Below are positions 21,695 through 31,746 of a stretch of DNA of 64,000 nucleotides, one piece after another (the first letter of the stretch is position 1; each line of letters begins with the position of its first letter). Source of the stretch: Thermoanaerobaculia bacterium (GTDB taxonomy: Bacteria; Acidobacteriota; Thermoanaerobaculia; Multivoradales; UBA5704). The stretch is taken from positions 137,851 to 201,850 of the forward strand of contig JBGAGQ010000004.1 in the NCBI GenBank assembly GCA_044226625.1. Reading direction: 5' to 3'. Both the position numbers and the translations under genes were made by a program. The notes beneath the pieces were generated by a model, which did no database searches, was not told the origin of the DNA, and saw only the letters and a list, made by a program, of their open reading frames with translations.

Positions 21695-22305
21695 GGCCGT
21701 CTCAACAGATCGAGGAACTCTTCGCGTACGGGCTTCTGGTGGAAGATCCCGCGCAGCGCCGAGGTCACCGTCTCGGTCCCAGGTTTCTTGACCCCTCGCA
21801 TCTCGACGCACAGGTGGCGCGCCTCGATCACCACCATCGCCCCCTGCGGCTTCAGCTGCTCGTCGAGATAGGAGACTACCTGCTCGGTCAGCCGTTCCTG
21901 CAGCTGGGGCCGCTTGGCGTAGAACTCGAGGATGCGGGAAAACTTCGACAGCCCGATGATCCGGTCGTTGGGAATGTAGGCGATGTGGGCGTGGCCATAG
22001 AAAGGCACCAGATGGTGGGCGCACATCGAGTAGAACGGGATGTTCTTCTCCATCACCATGTGGCTGTAGTTCTCTTCGTTCGGAAACGTGGTGATCGCCG
22101 GCTCGGCTCCCTCGGAAAGGCCATGGAACATCTCGATGTACATCTTCGCCACCCGGCGATCGGTCTCGAGGAGGTTCGGATCGGAAAGGTCGAGGCCCAG
22201 GGCGGACAAAATGCCCCGAACGTGGTGAGCGACCGTCGCGACCTTCTTCTGATCGGCATCCGAGATCCCCGCGATCGGTTCGAGAAGGTCGATGTCGTGA
22301 TTCAT
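21691..22305 (-). CDS. folE: GTP cyclohydrolase I
   Basis: AAAGGAG RBS; SMCAHHLVPFYG, GLSK, RPQLQERLT, HLCVEMRG. Confidence 0.96.
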   Translation of the reverse strand: MNHDIDLLEPIAGISDADQKKVATVAHHVRGILSALGLDLSDPNLLETDRRVAKMYIEMFHGLSEGAEPAITTFPNEENYSHMVMEKNIPFYSMCAHHLVPFYGHAHIAYIPNDRIIGLSKFSRILEFYAKRPQLQERLTEQVVSYLDEQLKPQGAMVVIEARHLCVEMRGVKKPGTETVTSALRGIFHQKPVREEFLDLLRRP

Positions 22306-22464
22306 GTGCGCTCCTTTCCCGCGCGAAAACGCAGAGACTATCCCATGCATTCCTGAACCGCGGACCGAGGGAGATGGAGTAGGCTTACCGCCACCGCCCC
22401 CGAGCGGCGGACTCTGCCCCGAAAGCCCGCCCAAGGCGGGCCCCGCACGAGAAGGAGCCCCACG

Positions 22465-23124
22465 TTGGACGCCAAGACCTTCGTCACCCAACTGCTTTCC
22501 GAAATGGACGAGCTGTTTTCTCGCCTCGGCGAAACCGAGACCTTGGAAGCCGAAGCCGGCGGTAAGGTGGACGTCGTCACCCTGCTCAAGCTCGCCTTGA
22601 AGAGCGAGCTCGAGGCGAGCGAGCTCGCCGGCTTCTGGATGACCTCGACCCCCGAAGTCGAAGCCAAGATGATCCTCGCGCTGCAGTGCGGCGACGAGAT
22701 GAAGCACTACGGCATGATCGTCGAGCGCCTCGCCCAGATCGGCGAGGACGCTTCGAAGTTCGACCCGCTCGCCGAAGGGCACAGCCCCCTCTATCAATAC
22801 CTCCGAGGCCTCAAGACGACCGTCGAGCGGATCGCCGCCGGACCGTTCGCTTCGGAGGCGATCGCCAAGGTGCGCAACGCCCAATTCGTGAACTATTGCC
22901 GATCCGTGGGCGACCACGGCACGGCGGACCTCTACGACCGGACGATCCAACCCGAAGAGGTCCATCATTACGACCTCGGACGGCAGTACCTCGAAAAGCA
23001 CGCGACCACGCCGGAGAACCAGGAGCTGATCTCAGCCGCCGTCCGCAACACCCTTGCGATCGCCGACGAGCTTTCCAACCTGGCCGCGAAGACGACCGGC
23101 GTCCATACGATCCCCGTCTCCTGA
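22465..23124 (+). CDS. Ferritin-like di-iron protein
   Basis: AAGGAG then TTG start; E..E, DEMKH, SE and EEVHH carboxylate/His ligand pattern. Confidence 0.85.
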   Translation: MDAKTFVTQLLSEMDELFSRLGETETLEAEAGGKVDVVTLLKLALKSELEASELAGFWMTSTPEVEAKMILALQCGDEMKHYGMIVERLAQIGEDASKFDPLAEGHSPLYQYLRGLKTTVERIAAGPFASEAIAKVRNAQFVNYCRSVGDHGTADLYDRTIQPEEVHHYDLGRQYLEKHATTPENQELISAAVRNTLAIADELSNLAAKTTGVHTIPVS

Positions 23125-23181
23125 TCTCGCAGCCACTCTCCCCGCTATCGAGCGACCCGCCCCGAACGACCCGAGGACGCT

Positions 23182-24057
23182 ATGACCGAAATCTCCACCC
23201 TCGCCGTGCTCGGCGCCGGCACGATGGGCCGCGGCATCGCCCACGTCTCGGCGTTGGCCGGCTATCGCACCCGACTGTTCGACGTCTCCCGGTCGATGCT
23301 CGACCAGGGTCAGGCGACGATCCACAAGAACCTGGACAAAGGGGTCTCGCTGGGCAAAGTGGCGGCCGACGCTGCGGCAACCGCCAAGGCGGGCCTCACG
23401 CTTCACGTCGATCTCGCCGAGGCGGTAACGGACGCCGATCTCGTGATCGAGGCGATCCCCGAGCGGATGGGGCTCAAGATCGAGACCTTCGGCGCGGTCG
23501 CCCAAGCGGCCCCGGCCCACGCGCTCTTCGCCTCGAACACCTCGGCCCTTTCGATCACCGAGATGGCCGCCGCCTCCGGCCGCCCCGACCGCTTCGCCGG
23601 CATGCATTTCTTCAACCCGGTCCACGTAATGAAGCTGCTCGAGCTGGTCCGCGGCCTCGAAACTTCGGAGGAGACGCTCGCGGCGATGCGCACGGTAGGC
23701 GAACGCATGGGGAAAGAGGTCGTCCTGGTCCGCGAGGCCCCCGGCTTCGTCACCACGCGCATTAACGCGATGATCGGCAACGAGGCGTTCCGAATGCTCG
23801 AGGAGGGGGTGGCGAGCGCCGCCGACATCGACCGGGCGCTCAAGCTGGGCCTGAACCATCCGATGGGACCGTTCGAGCTCGGCGATTTAGTGGGCCTCGA
23901 CGTGCGCCTGTCGATCCTCGAGTTCCTCCACCAATCGCTCGGCGAGCGCTACCGGCCGAACAACCTGCTGGTCCAACACGTCCGCGCCGGGCGGCTCGGG
24001 CGGAAGAGCGGTCGCGGCGTCTACGAATACGACGCCGAAGGCAAGAAGAAGGAGTAA
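23182..24057 (+). CDS. 3-hydroxyacyl-CoA (3-hydroxybutyryl-CoA) dehydrogenase
   Basis: GAGTMG, IEAIPE, SNTS, GMHFFNP, HPMGPF. Confidence 0.93.
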   Translation: MTEISTLAVLGAGTMGRGIAHVSALAGYRTRLFDVSRSMLDQGQATIHKNLDKGVSLGKVAADAAATAKAGLTLHVDLAEAVTDADLVIEAIPERMGLKIETFGAVAQAAPAHALFASNTSALSITEMAAASGRPDRFAGMHFFNPVHVMKLLELVRGLETSEETLAAMRTVGERMGKEVVLVREAPGFVTTRINAMIGNEAFRMLEEGVASAADIDRALKLGLNHPMGPFELGDLVGLDVRLSILEFLHQSLGERYRPNNLLVQHVRAGRLGRKSGRGVYEYDAEGKKKE

Positions 24058-24059
24058 CG

Positions 24060-24845
24060 ATGGGCCAATCGCTCGCGGGCAAGGTCGCGCTGGTCACCGG
24101 AGGCTCCTCGGGGCTCGGCCTCGCGACGGCGCGGGCGCTCGGCGCCGAGGGCGCGCGAGTCGCCATCGCGAGCCGCGGGGGCGACAAGTTGGAACGGGCG
24201 CTCGAGTCGCTCACCACGGCCGGAATCGAGGCGATCGCCGTCCCGGTCGACGTGCGGGAACGGGAGTCGATCGACAATCTGACCTCGGAGGTCGCGTTGC
24301 GCCTCGGCCCCATCGACGTCCTGATCGCCAACGGCGGCGGTCCGACCTCGAAGCCCGCCGTCGACTTGACCGACGAGGATTGGGAGCAGGCGATTCCGCT
24401 CGTTCTGCTGTTCGTGCCACGTCTGGTCAATCGGGTGCTGCCGGGGATGCGCGAAAGGCAGTGGGGCCGGATCGTCGCAATCAACTCGGTCTCCGCCCGC
24501 CAGCCGATCCCCAACCTCGCGCTCTCGAACGCGCTGCGCCCGGCGGTCCTCGGCTATCTCAAGACCCTCTCCCAGGAAGTCGCGGTCGACGGCGTTACGG
24601 TCAACGCCGTGCTGCCGGGCTACACCCTCACCGAGCGCCAAGAGGAGCTCTCGCGTGCCGCTTCGGCACGTACCGGCAAACCGGTCGAAGAGGTCATCGC
24701 CGGCTGGATCGCCAATACCCCCGCGGGCCGGATGGGCGAACCGAAAGAGCTCGCGGCGGCGGTCGCCTTCCTCTGCTCCCCCGCGGCGTCCTACGTCACC
24801 GGCCAGGCGCTCGCGGTCGACGGCGGATACGTGCGCGGCCTATAG
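24060..24845 (+). CDS. SDR-family oxidoreductase
   Basis: TGGSSGLG; VTVNAVLPG; GQALAVDGG; atypical SNALR in place of YxxxK. Confidence 0.9.
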   Translation: MGQSLAGKVALVTGGSSGLGLATARALGAEGARVAIASRGGDKLERALESLTTAGIEAIAVPVDVRERESIDNLTSEVALRLGPIDVLIANGGGPTSKPAVDLTDEDWEQAIPLVLLFVPRLVNRVLPGMRERQWGRIVAINSVSARQPIPNLALSNALRPAVLGYLKTLSQEVAVDGVTVNAVLPGYTLTERQEELSRAASARTGKPVEEVIAGWIANTPAGRMGEPKELAAAVAFLCSPAASYVTGQALAVDGGYVRGL

Positions 24846-24949
24846 ACCTCTTGACATCTGAAGAGAGGTAGAGCCTAGGAAGCGCGCAGTCGGCTCCTGG
24901 CGCGCCCCTCGCTCACCTCATCGCCGATCGGCTAGACTCCCGCCTCGCC

Positions 24950-26041
24950 ATGGCGACCGCATATCGATTCCCCGATTTCTCCCGCGACCCGTTCGCGAAC
25001 GCCCCCGAGGCGCAGTTCGCGCCGATCCCGGCCGACGGCATCCTGCCCGACGGCTTCTTCTCCACCTCGAACCTGCCCACCTACGTGAAAGTCGGCGGCA
25101 CCTGGAAGCTGCCGAGCCGGCCGCGCATGGACTGCGTGATCGTCCGCCGCGGCGAGGAGGTGGAGGTCATCGAGCCGCGCCGCCTCAAGGCGGGCGAGCT
25201 GATCGCGATGGGGCTCGAAGAGGACGGCACAGCGGGGATCTTCGTCCATACCGAGGGATTCCTCGCCGGCGCCCACGGCGCGAACGAGTTCCGTTTCATG
25301 TCGACCGAGGTGAGCCGCGAGCGCCCGGTCAACTACGAGGAGCTCGCCGAGCGGCTGGACGACGAGCGGAGGAAGGGGGGCTATCTCGTCTGGGTCGCCG
25401 GCCCGGCCTTCGTGCACTCCCGCGCCCGCGGCGATTTCGAATGGTTCATCCGCAACGGCTACGTCCACTGCTTCCTCGCGGGCAACGCCGTGGCCGTCCA
25501 CGACATCGAGGCGGCGATGTTCGGCACCACGCTCGGCATGGACAATCTCGGCCATCCCGCCGAAGGGGGCCACGGCCTGCACATGCGGGCGATCAACGCG
25601 GTCCGCGCTTCGGGCTCGATCGAAAAGGCGGTCGAAGAGGGAAAGATCCAGTCGGGGATCATCCACACGTTGGTCGAGTGCGGCGTCCCCTACGTGCTCG
25701 CCGGCTCGATCCGCGACGACGGACCGTTGCCCGGAGTCCTCTCCGACTCACTCGCCGCCCAGGACGCGATGCGCGAGCAGACCGCCCGGGCGACCGGCGC
25801 GATCTTCGTCGCGACGGCCCTCCACGCGATCGCGGTCGGCAACATGCTGCCGGCGTACCACACGCATTACGACGGCGTGCCCACCGACCTGATGACCATC
25901 TGCGTCGATCAGACGGAGTTCGTGGTCAACAAGCTCAAGGATCGGGGAACCCACCAGGCCTACGGCGTCGTCACGAACGCCCAGGACTTCATGCACGTCC
26001 TGCGGTTCTACTGCGAGCGGCGGCTGGAAAAGCAGGCCTAA
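24950..26041 (+). CDS. TIGR00300 / LOR-SDH-type ornithine cyclodeaminase-like protein
   Basis: FFSTSN.PT, F.FMS.EVS.E, GNAVAVHDIE, LAGSIRDDGPLP, LHAIAVGN, KL.DRG. Confidence 0.85.
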   Translation: MATAYRFPDFSRDPFANAPEAQFAPIPADGILPDGFFSTSNLPTYVKVGGTWKLPSRPRMDCVIVRRGEEVEVIEPRRLKAGELIAMGLEEDGTAGIFVHTEGFLAGAHGANEFRFMSTEVSRERPVNYEELAERLDDERRKGGYLVWVAGPAFVHSRARGDFEWFIRNGYVHCFLAGNAVAVHDIEAAMFGTTLGMDNLGHPAEGGHGLHMRAINAVRASGSIEKAVEEGKIQSGIIHTLVECGVPYVLAGSIRDDGPLPGVLSDSLAAQDAMREQTARATGAIFVATALHAIAVGNMLPAYHTHYDGVPTDLMTICVDQTEFVVNKLKDRGTHQAYGVVTNAQDFMHVLRFYCERRLEKQA

Positions 26042-26060
26042 GCCGCACCCTCGGCCCCCA

Positions 26061-26101
26061 CCTCGGTCCTTCCCCGCACGCGGGGGAGGAAGGACTCGAG
26101 G
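26061..26101. repeat. GC-rich palindrome (REP-like element or bidirectional terminator)
   Basis: CCTCGGTCCTTCCCCGC-AC-GCGGGG(GAG)GAAGGAC(T)CGAGG between convergent genes. Confidence 0.5.
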
Positions 26102-26141
26102 CCGGCGGGTTCGATTTCGGATGAGGGGATGCGAGGACAGT

Positions 26142-27287
26142 CTAAGCCTGGGCGAGGGAGCGGATCCCCCGTTCCAGGCGTCTGACCAGCTCCGGGATCG
26201 CGTCGACGGCGACGGAGCAATGGGCGATCCGGAGTAGGCGCGGCTCGATCGAGATGAGGCCGACGCTTTCGGCCTCGATCAGGTGACGGCGTACCCGGTC
26301 GGAATCGAGCCCCAGCGCCTCGGGAACCTCGACCAACGCGAAGCAGCCCGAATTGAAGGGGTGGGTCCGGACGAGCTTCGGATCGACCAGCGCGAGCGCG
26401 TCGCGGAGCGCCAGGTACCGCGCCTCGAGAACGCTTCGGACCGCCTCGATCCGCTCTTCGATCCGGGGGTCGCGGAGACCTTGGAGCAGGACCGTTTGGC
26501 TGATCGCGCTGGGAGCCCCCGCACCCGCGCGGACGTAGCGAACGAGGCTCGCCTCGCGGGTCGAGGCCGGCTCGCTTCCCGGCTCTTCGGCGAACGTGAG
26601 GAAGCCGATCCGGCCGCCGAAAAAGCTGAGCTCCTTCGTGGCGCCGTCGATCTTCACGGGCAGCAGGTTCGGCGCCTCGGCCCGACGTGCCACGAGATCC
26701 CAGAACAAGGAGCCGCGCGGAATCTCCGCTTCGAAGACCAGCCCGGCGTAGGCGTCGTCCAGAACCACGACCAAGGGCCGGCTCGGCGCCTCCGCAGCCA
26801 CCCCGAGCAGCAATTCGATGAGCCGGAACCGCTCCTCCGGGGTCGGAGAATACCCTCCCGGATTCGAGGGGAAGTTGAGGATCGCGATCGCGGTCCGATC
26901 CCGAGGGAGCGTCGCGATCGCCCGGCCGATCGACTCCGGATCGAACCGTCCGTCGACGAAGCTGGGCGCCGGCACGATCCGCGCACCGCGGCGGACGCCA
27001 AACGCCTGACGGTAGTTGCCCCAATAGGGATCGGGGACGACGACCGGCGTCCCCTCCGTCACGAACAGGTCGGCCACGAGGGCGAGCCCGTGCGAGAGCC
27101 CGGAGACCGCGAACGGCAGGCTCGACGGCAAATCGGACGGAAAGTGCGAAGGAAGGCCGCGCCGCTGGCGGGCCCGCCAGAGCGCTCGCACTTCCGGTAG
27201 GCCGCCGAGCGGGGAGCAGGCGGCGAGCGAGGTTCGATCGTCCACGGCGACACCGCGGAGCAGAGAACCGGTCGGCAAGAAGGACAT
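26142..27287 (-). CDS. Class I/II PLP-dependent aminotransferase
   Basis: PYWGNY, NFPSNP.G, DDAY, DGATKE (PLP Lys)...RIGF. ATG 27287 lies 7 nt after TATACT. Confidence 0.88.
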   Translation of the reverse strand: MSFLPTGSLLRGVAVDDRTSLAACSPLGGLPEVRALWRARQRRGLPSHFPSDLPSSLPFAVSGLSHGLALVADLFVTEGTPVVVPDPYWGNYRQAFGVRRGARIVPAPSFVDGRFDPESIGRAIATLPRDRTAIAILNFPSNPGGYSPTPEERFRLIELLLGVAAEAPSRPLVVVLDDAYAGLVFEAEIPRGSLFWDLVARRAEAPNLLPVKIDGATKELSFFGGRIGFLTFAEEPGSEPASTREASLVRYVRAGAGAPSAISQTVLLQGLRDPRIEERIEAVRSVLEARYLALRDALALVDPKLVRTHPFNSGCFALVEVPEALGLDSDRVRRHLIEAESVGLISIEPRLLRIAHCSVAVDAIPELVRRLERGIRSLAQA

Positions 27288-27346
27288 CAGCCGCAGTATA
27301 CGGGTCCTGGCGCGACGGTTTCGGTTCGGGTAAGGTGCCCGCGCCG

Positions 27347-29188
27347 ATGTCCGCCCCGATCCGTCACACCCTTCGGTTCGCCGCGCCGGAGAGCCACTAC
27401 CTCGAGGTCGAATCGAGCTTTCCCGCCTCAGCCGGCCCGGAAGCCGATCCGGAAGCCGGTCTCGAGCTCTTGATGGCGGTCTGGACACCCGGTTCCTACC
27501 TGATCCGCGAGTACTCGCGGCATCTCGAGTCGATCTCCGCCACGGCCGAGGACGGCGGCCCCCGCGCGATCGCCAAGACGCGAAAGAATCGTTGGCGGAT
27601 CGCTCCGCGCGGGGCCGAACGGATCGTCGTCCGCTATCGCCTCTACGCGCACGAGCTGACCGTCCGGACCAATTTCGTCGAGGCGGACTTCGCCCTGCTC
27701 CTGGGTGCCGCGACGTTTCTCGTTCCGATCGACGGCCACCATCTCGCCGCCGAGGTGCGCGTCGAGCGCCCCGCCACCTGGGCGGTCGCGCTCTCCCCGC
27801 TCCCGCGGGTCACCGACGGCGACGTCTTCCTCGCGCGCGACTACGATCATCTGGTCGATTCGCCCTTCTACGCCGGCAATGCCCCGGTCCACCGCTTCGA
27901 GGTGGCAGGCCGCGAGCACCTCCTGGTCACCGAAGGGGCCGACGCGCGGTGGGACGGCGAGCGCGCCGCCCGCGACGCCGCGCACCTGGTCGCGACCGAA
28001 GCGGCGTTCTGGGGGGGCCTACCCTACGAGCGCTACGTCGTGATCAACGTGCTCGCCGAATCGACCGGCGGCCTGGAGCACGCCGATTCGACCGTGCTGA
28101 TGGCAAACCGTCTCGCGGTGCGCCGTCCGGATGGCTATCGCGATTGGCTCGGCCTGGTCGCCCACGAGCTGTTCCACGCCTGGCACGTCAAACGCCTGCG
28201 GCCCGCGGAGTTCGAGCGCCTCGACTACGAAGCCGAGGTCTACACGCCGAGCCTCTGGGCGGTCGAGGGGGTCACCAGCTACTACGAGGAGATCCTGCTC
28301 GCGCGCGCCGGATTCACCGACCTCTCCGAGCTGCTCACTCAGCTGGGCAAAACGATCGACACCGTGGAAACCGGGGCCGGCCGCCTGGTGCAAGGACTCG
28401 ACGCCGCGTCGTTCGACGCCTGGATCAAGTACTACCGGAAGGACGAGAACTTCGCCAACTCGGGCGTCAGCTACTACACCCGGGGGCATCTCGTCGCCTT
28501 CCTGCTCGACGTGGAGATCCGCCGCGCGACGCGCGGCGCCCGCTCCCTCGACGACGCGATGCGCGTCGCCTTCCGGCGATTTTCGGGCGAGCGCGGGTTT
28601 TCTCCCGAGGACCTGGCGAACACGCTGTCCGAGGTGGCCGGGCGGCCGCTCGACGGCTGGCTCGAACGGGCGCTCGCCCCCGGCGATCTCGATTATGACC
28701 CCGCGCTCGAGCTGCTGGGGCTCCGTTTCGCCTCGAGCCGGGGAGGCGCAGAGCGGAGCGACGCACCACGCGGGGCGGCCCTCGGCGTCGAGACCGACGA
28801 CTCTTCCGGCCGGCTGTACGTGACCCACGTCGCGCGAGGCGGTCCGGCGTCCCGTGCCGGGGTGGCGCCGGGCGACGAGATCCTCGCGTTCGACGACGAC
28901 CGCATTCCGCCCCAGGCCTTGGGCGACCGGCTACGCGACCATCGGCCGGGCGAAACGGTGTCGCTACTCGTCGCGCGGCGGGATCGGCTTCGGCGCCTAC
29001 CGCTCGTTTTCGGTGAGCGCCCTCGCTCCCGAGGCGCTCTCGAGGTCGATCCCGCGGCGACCCCCGAGCAACTCCGGCAGCTCGCCTCCTGGTGGAAAGG
29101 GGTTCCCCTGGGAGCCTCCGAGCGCGAATCGCCTGCCGCGCCGGAAGAGCCGCTCGCCCGCGGCGGGACGCGCCGAATCAGAACCTGA
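27347..29188 (+). CDS. M61-family glycyl aminopeptidase with PDZ domain
   Basis: WTPGSY, GLEH, HELFHAW, EGVTSYY, SYYTRG; C-terminal PDZ. Confidence 0.93.
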   Translation: MSAPIRHTLRFAAPESHYLEVESSFPASAGPEADPEAGLELLMAVWTPGSYLIREYSRHLESISATAEDGGPRAIAKTRKNRWRIAPRGAERIVVRYRLYAHELTVRTNFVEADFALLLGAATFLVPIDGHHLAAEVRVERPATWAVALSPLPRVTDGDVFLARDYDHLVDSPFYAGNAPVHRFEVAGREHLLVTEGADARWDGERAARDAAHLVATEAAFWGGLPYERYVVINVLAESTGGLEHADSTVLMANRLAVRRPDGYRDWLGLVAHELFHAWHVKRLRPAEFERLDYEAEVYTPSLWAVEGVTSYYEEILLARAGFTDLSELLTQLGKTIDTVETGAGRLVQGLDAASFDAWIKYYRKDENFANSGVSYYTRGHLVAFLLDVEIRRATRGARSLDDAMRVAFRRFSGERGFSPEDLANTLSEVAGRPLDGWLERALAPGDLDYDPALELLGLRFASSRGGAERSDAPRGAALGVETDDSSGRLYVTHVARGGPASRAGVAPGDEILAFDDDRIPPQALGDRLRDHRPGETVSLLVARRDRLRRLPLVFGERPRSRGALEVDPAATPEQLRQLASWWKGVPLGASERESPAAPEEPLARGGTRRIRT

Positions 29189-29951
29189 AGCGATAGGAAG
29201 CAACGCGGCGGATTTCCGCCGGGTCGTCGAGCTCCACCGCGACGGCGCCCACGTAACGCGGCTCCGGATCGAGATGGAGGTAGAACCAGCGCTCGGCCGC
29301 GTGGGTATCGCCGTTGAGCGCGAGCATCCGCGCCGGCTCGCCGGGCGCGAGCGTGACGTCGAAGGAGGAGAGCGCCACCGCAAGCCCCTCGCCCACCGCT
29401 TTCAGATAGGCCTCCTTGCGCGTCCAGGCGTTGAAGAACGCGATCTCCTTCTTTGCGCCTGGCACGCGGTGGAGCACCTCGCGCTCCGGGATCGAGAAAA
29501 AGCGCTCGCCGATCTCCTCGGCATCCGGCATCGGTTTCAGGAACTCGACGTCGACCCCGACCTCTCGGGAGTGGAGGAAGCCGACGAGCGCGAGCTCCTC
29601 CGAGTTGGAGAGGTTGAACTGCAGATCGGCGCCCGCGTGGCGCGCGGCGAGGAACGGCTTGCCACGAGGCCCGTAGTCGAAGCTGATCGCCTCGGGTGTG
29701 ATACCCAGCTCGCGCCCGAGCAGGCGCCGGAGCGCTCCCCGGCCGACGGCGTAGCGCCTGCGATGCTGCTCGAAGCGGAAACGGGCGGCGCGCTCGCGCT
29801 CATCCGGGGAAAGAAGGGCCGAAAGCACCGCGACGACGTGAGGCGGTGGATCGAGCGGAATCGTCCAGAGGCGCAGCTCGCCCCGCTCCAGAAGGGGCAG
29901 ATCGCGCTCGCTGGCGAGGGGGAAATCGTCGGGGCGAAGCGGTCGCTCCAC
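29178..29951 (-). CDS. Sfp-type 4'-phosphopantetheinyl transferase
   Basis: GKP, FNLSNS, VGVDVE, WTRKEAYLKA.G. Confidence 0.95.
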   Translation of the reverse strand: MERPLRPDDFPLASERDLPLLERGELRLWTIPLDPPPHVVAVLSALLSPDERERAARFRFEQHRRRYAVGRGALRRLLGRELGITPEAISFDYGPRGKPFLAARHAGADLQFNLSNSEELALVGFLHSREVGVDVEFLKPMPDAEEIGERFFSIPEREVLHRVPGAKKEIAFFNAWTRKEAYLKAVGEGLAVALSSFDVTLAPGEPARMLALNGDTHAAERWFYLHLDPEPRYVGAVAVELDDPAEIRRVASYRFRF

Positions 29952-30059
29952 CGAAAGGTCTCCTAGAGAAAGATCTCTCTTCGACGCCGCCGCTTCAAGG
30001 CGCAGCTCCGGTTTCCGCCCGCCGCGTCGGCGCGCGGTCTCCGGATGCCAGACGCCGCC

Positions 30060-30839
30060 TCACCGGGCGGCGACGGCGAGCTCGGCAAGGTCGCGCGCCA
30101 GGGAGTCCAGGATCAGCTCCTTGCCGCTGTGGATGAAGAAGTGATCCCCCGGCAGCATGCGCAGCCGGAACCTACTCCGCGTGAGGTCGTTCCAGGCTGC
30201 CAGATCCTCTTTCGTCACCTCGAGGTCGCCCAAGCCACCGAACGCCGAGACCCCCATCTCGAGGGGCTCACCCGGCACGTATTCGTAGGTCTCATTGACC
30301 GCGAAATCGGCGCGCAGGATCGGCGTGAGCAGCTTCATCAGCTCGGCGTGCTGAAGGACCTCCTCCGGCGTGCCGTTCAGCTCCCGCAGCTTGTTCGAGA
30401 ACTCGGGCTCTTCCAGATCGTGGATCGGTTCCTCGCGGCTCGGCACCTGCGGCCCGCGACGACCGGAGACGAAGAGGTGCAGCGGCTCGGGGCCGCCGCG
30501 CCGTCGCAGCTCACGCGTGAGTTCAAACGAAATCAGACCGCCCATGCTGTGCCCGAAAAAGGCGAACGGCAGGTCGAAATAGGGCGCGAGCGCGTCAGCG
30601 AGCGCCACGATCATCGGCTCGAGGCGATCGAACGGCTTGTCGCGCAGGCGTCCCTCTCGCCCCGGCAGCTGCACCGGGCAGACCTCGACCTCGGCCGATA
30701 AGGCACTCCCCCATCCGCGATAGGCGGAGGCCCCGCCCCCGGCGTACGGAAAACAGAACAGCCGCAGGCGCGCACGGGGATTCGGCTCGCGATAGGCGAG
30801 CCAGCGGTCCGGAGCGGACGCGGGGGAGGAGGCGATCAA
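30060..30839 (-). CDS. Type II thioesterase (GrsT-like)
   Basis: LFCFPYAGG, GHSMG, LRADF, GDHF; probable TTG start 30839. Confidence 0.93.
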   Translation of the reverse strand: MIASSPASAPDRWLAYREPNPRARLRLFCFPYAGGGASAYRGWGSALSAEVEVCPVQLPGREGRLRDKPFDRLEPMIVALADALAPYFDLPFAFFGHSMGGLISFELTRELRRRGGPEPLHLFVSGRRGPQVPSREEPIHDLEEPEFSNKLRELNGTPEEVLQHAELMKLLTPILRADFAVNETYEYVPGEPLEMGVSAFGGLGDLEVTKEDLAAWNDLTRSRFRLRMLPGDHFFIHSGKELILDSLARDLAELAVAAR

Positions 30840-30888
30840 AGGCGGAATCCGATCTGCGAGCCGGCGAGGAGCGAGCGCCGCGCGCGGG

Positions 30889-31122
30889 TCAGTTGGACTG
30901 GCGCTCCCGCTCCATCTCTTCCATCTTCTTGCGCAGAGAGAGCGGCCGCATGTCGGTCCAGACTTCCTTGATGTAGTCCAGGCACTCCTGCTTCTGCCCT
31001 TCCTTGCCGACGGCGTTCCAACCGAGGGGCAGCTCACGATGGGCGGGCCAGATCGAGTACTGCTCCTCGTGATTCATGACGACCTTGTAGATCGTGGTGT
31101 CTTCGCGTTCTTCCCAACTCAT
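30889..31122 (-). CDS. mbtH: MbtH-like protein
   Basis: [10 protein letters not shown]...P.GW...CLDYI...WTDMRPLSL. Confidence 0.97.
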   Translation of the reverse strand: MSWEEREDTTIYKVVMNHEEQYSIWPAHRELPLGWNAVGKEGQKQECLDYIKEVWTDMRPLSLRKKMEEMERERQSN

Positions 31123-31167
31123 CGTGAAATCTCCTCGAACGGTTCCTGATGCGCGGTCCGTACCGGC

Positions 31168-31219
31168 ACCCTATTAGAGTGTCGAGATCCGTCAGGACGT
31201 GACACTTTAGGGCAGTCTA
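31168..31219 (-). promoter_or_regulatory. Putative promoter and inverted repeat upstream of mbtH
   Basis: Minus-strand TAGACT (31219-31214). TAGAGTGTC (31175-31183) and GACACTTTA (31201-31209) form an 8/9 inverted repeat. Confidence 0.4.
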
Positions 31220-31338
31220 ACGCAAGGCCTGGGGTCGCGACCTCCACGGCCGGGAGGCGGGCCGCTTTCGCGAAGGGAGACCCGGCAAGAAACGACCGGC
31301 GGGAAATTTTCGGGACCGCAGCACGGGTTTCCCGCGGG

Positions 31339-31746
31339 GTGAGCCCACCCGCCCCGCCGCTTCGACCTTGCCGCCGCCAGAACTGCGTCTCGAGCCAAGA
31401 GACGCGCGAAGAGTATCGGATCGAGCCGCTCGGCTTCGCCGCCGATCCCGATCGCGCCTGGGAGGTGCTTCTGGACCTGCTGCGCGGCTGGCCGCGCACG
31501 ACGATCCTGGAAGAGGGTCCCGGCCGAGCGCGAGCCCGATTCCGCTCGCTCCTTTTTCGCTTCCCCGATTTCGCCGATTTCGTGCTCGACCGAGAGGGAC
31601 ACCAGGTCCATTTCCGCTCGGCGTCTCGCTACGGACGGCGCGACTTCGGCGTCAACCGCCGCCGGATGGAGGCTCTTCGCGAGGCGTTCGCAACCGCCCT
31701 GTCCGGCGATCTCTCCACCAGCTCCTCCGTCGACCGATATCGATGA
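31339..31746 (+). CDS. DUF1499-family protein
   Basis: L.PC...NCVSSQ; FRF.D; RSASR.G..DFGVNRRR. Confidence 0.88.
   Translation: MSPPAPPLRPCRRQNCVSSQETREEYRIEPLGFAADPDRAWEVLLDLLRGWPRTTILEEGPGRARARFRSLLFRFPDFADFVLDREGHQVHFRSASRYGRRDFGVNRRRMEALREAFATALSGDLSTSSSVDRYR

Noticed and set aside
22306-23001. N-terminal extension of folE to 436 aa
   Set aside because: It is antisense to the ferritin-like gene; a strong RBS supports the start at 22305.
24851-24880. TTGACA as the -35 of the 24950 gene
   Set aside because: No -10 at 16-18 bp spacing; TAGACT at 24933 is the better candidate.
26100-26120. tRNA T-loop-like GGGTTCGATTTC
   Set aside because: No cloverleaf or acceptor stem can be built around it.
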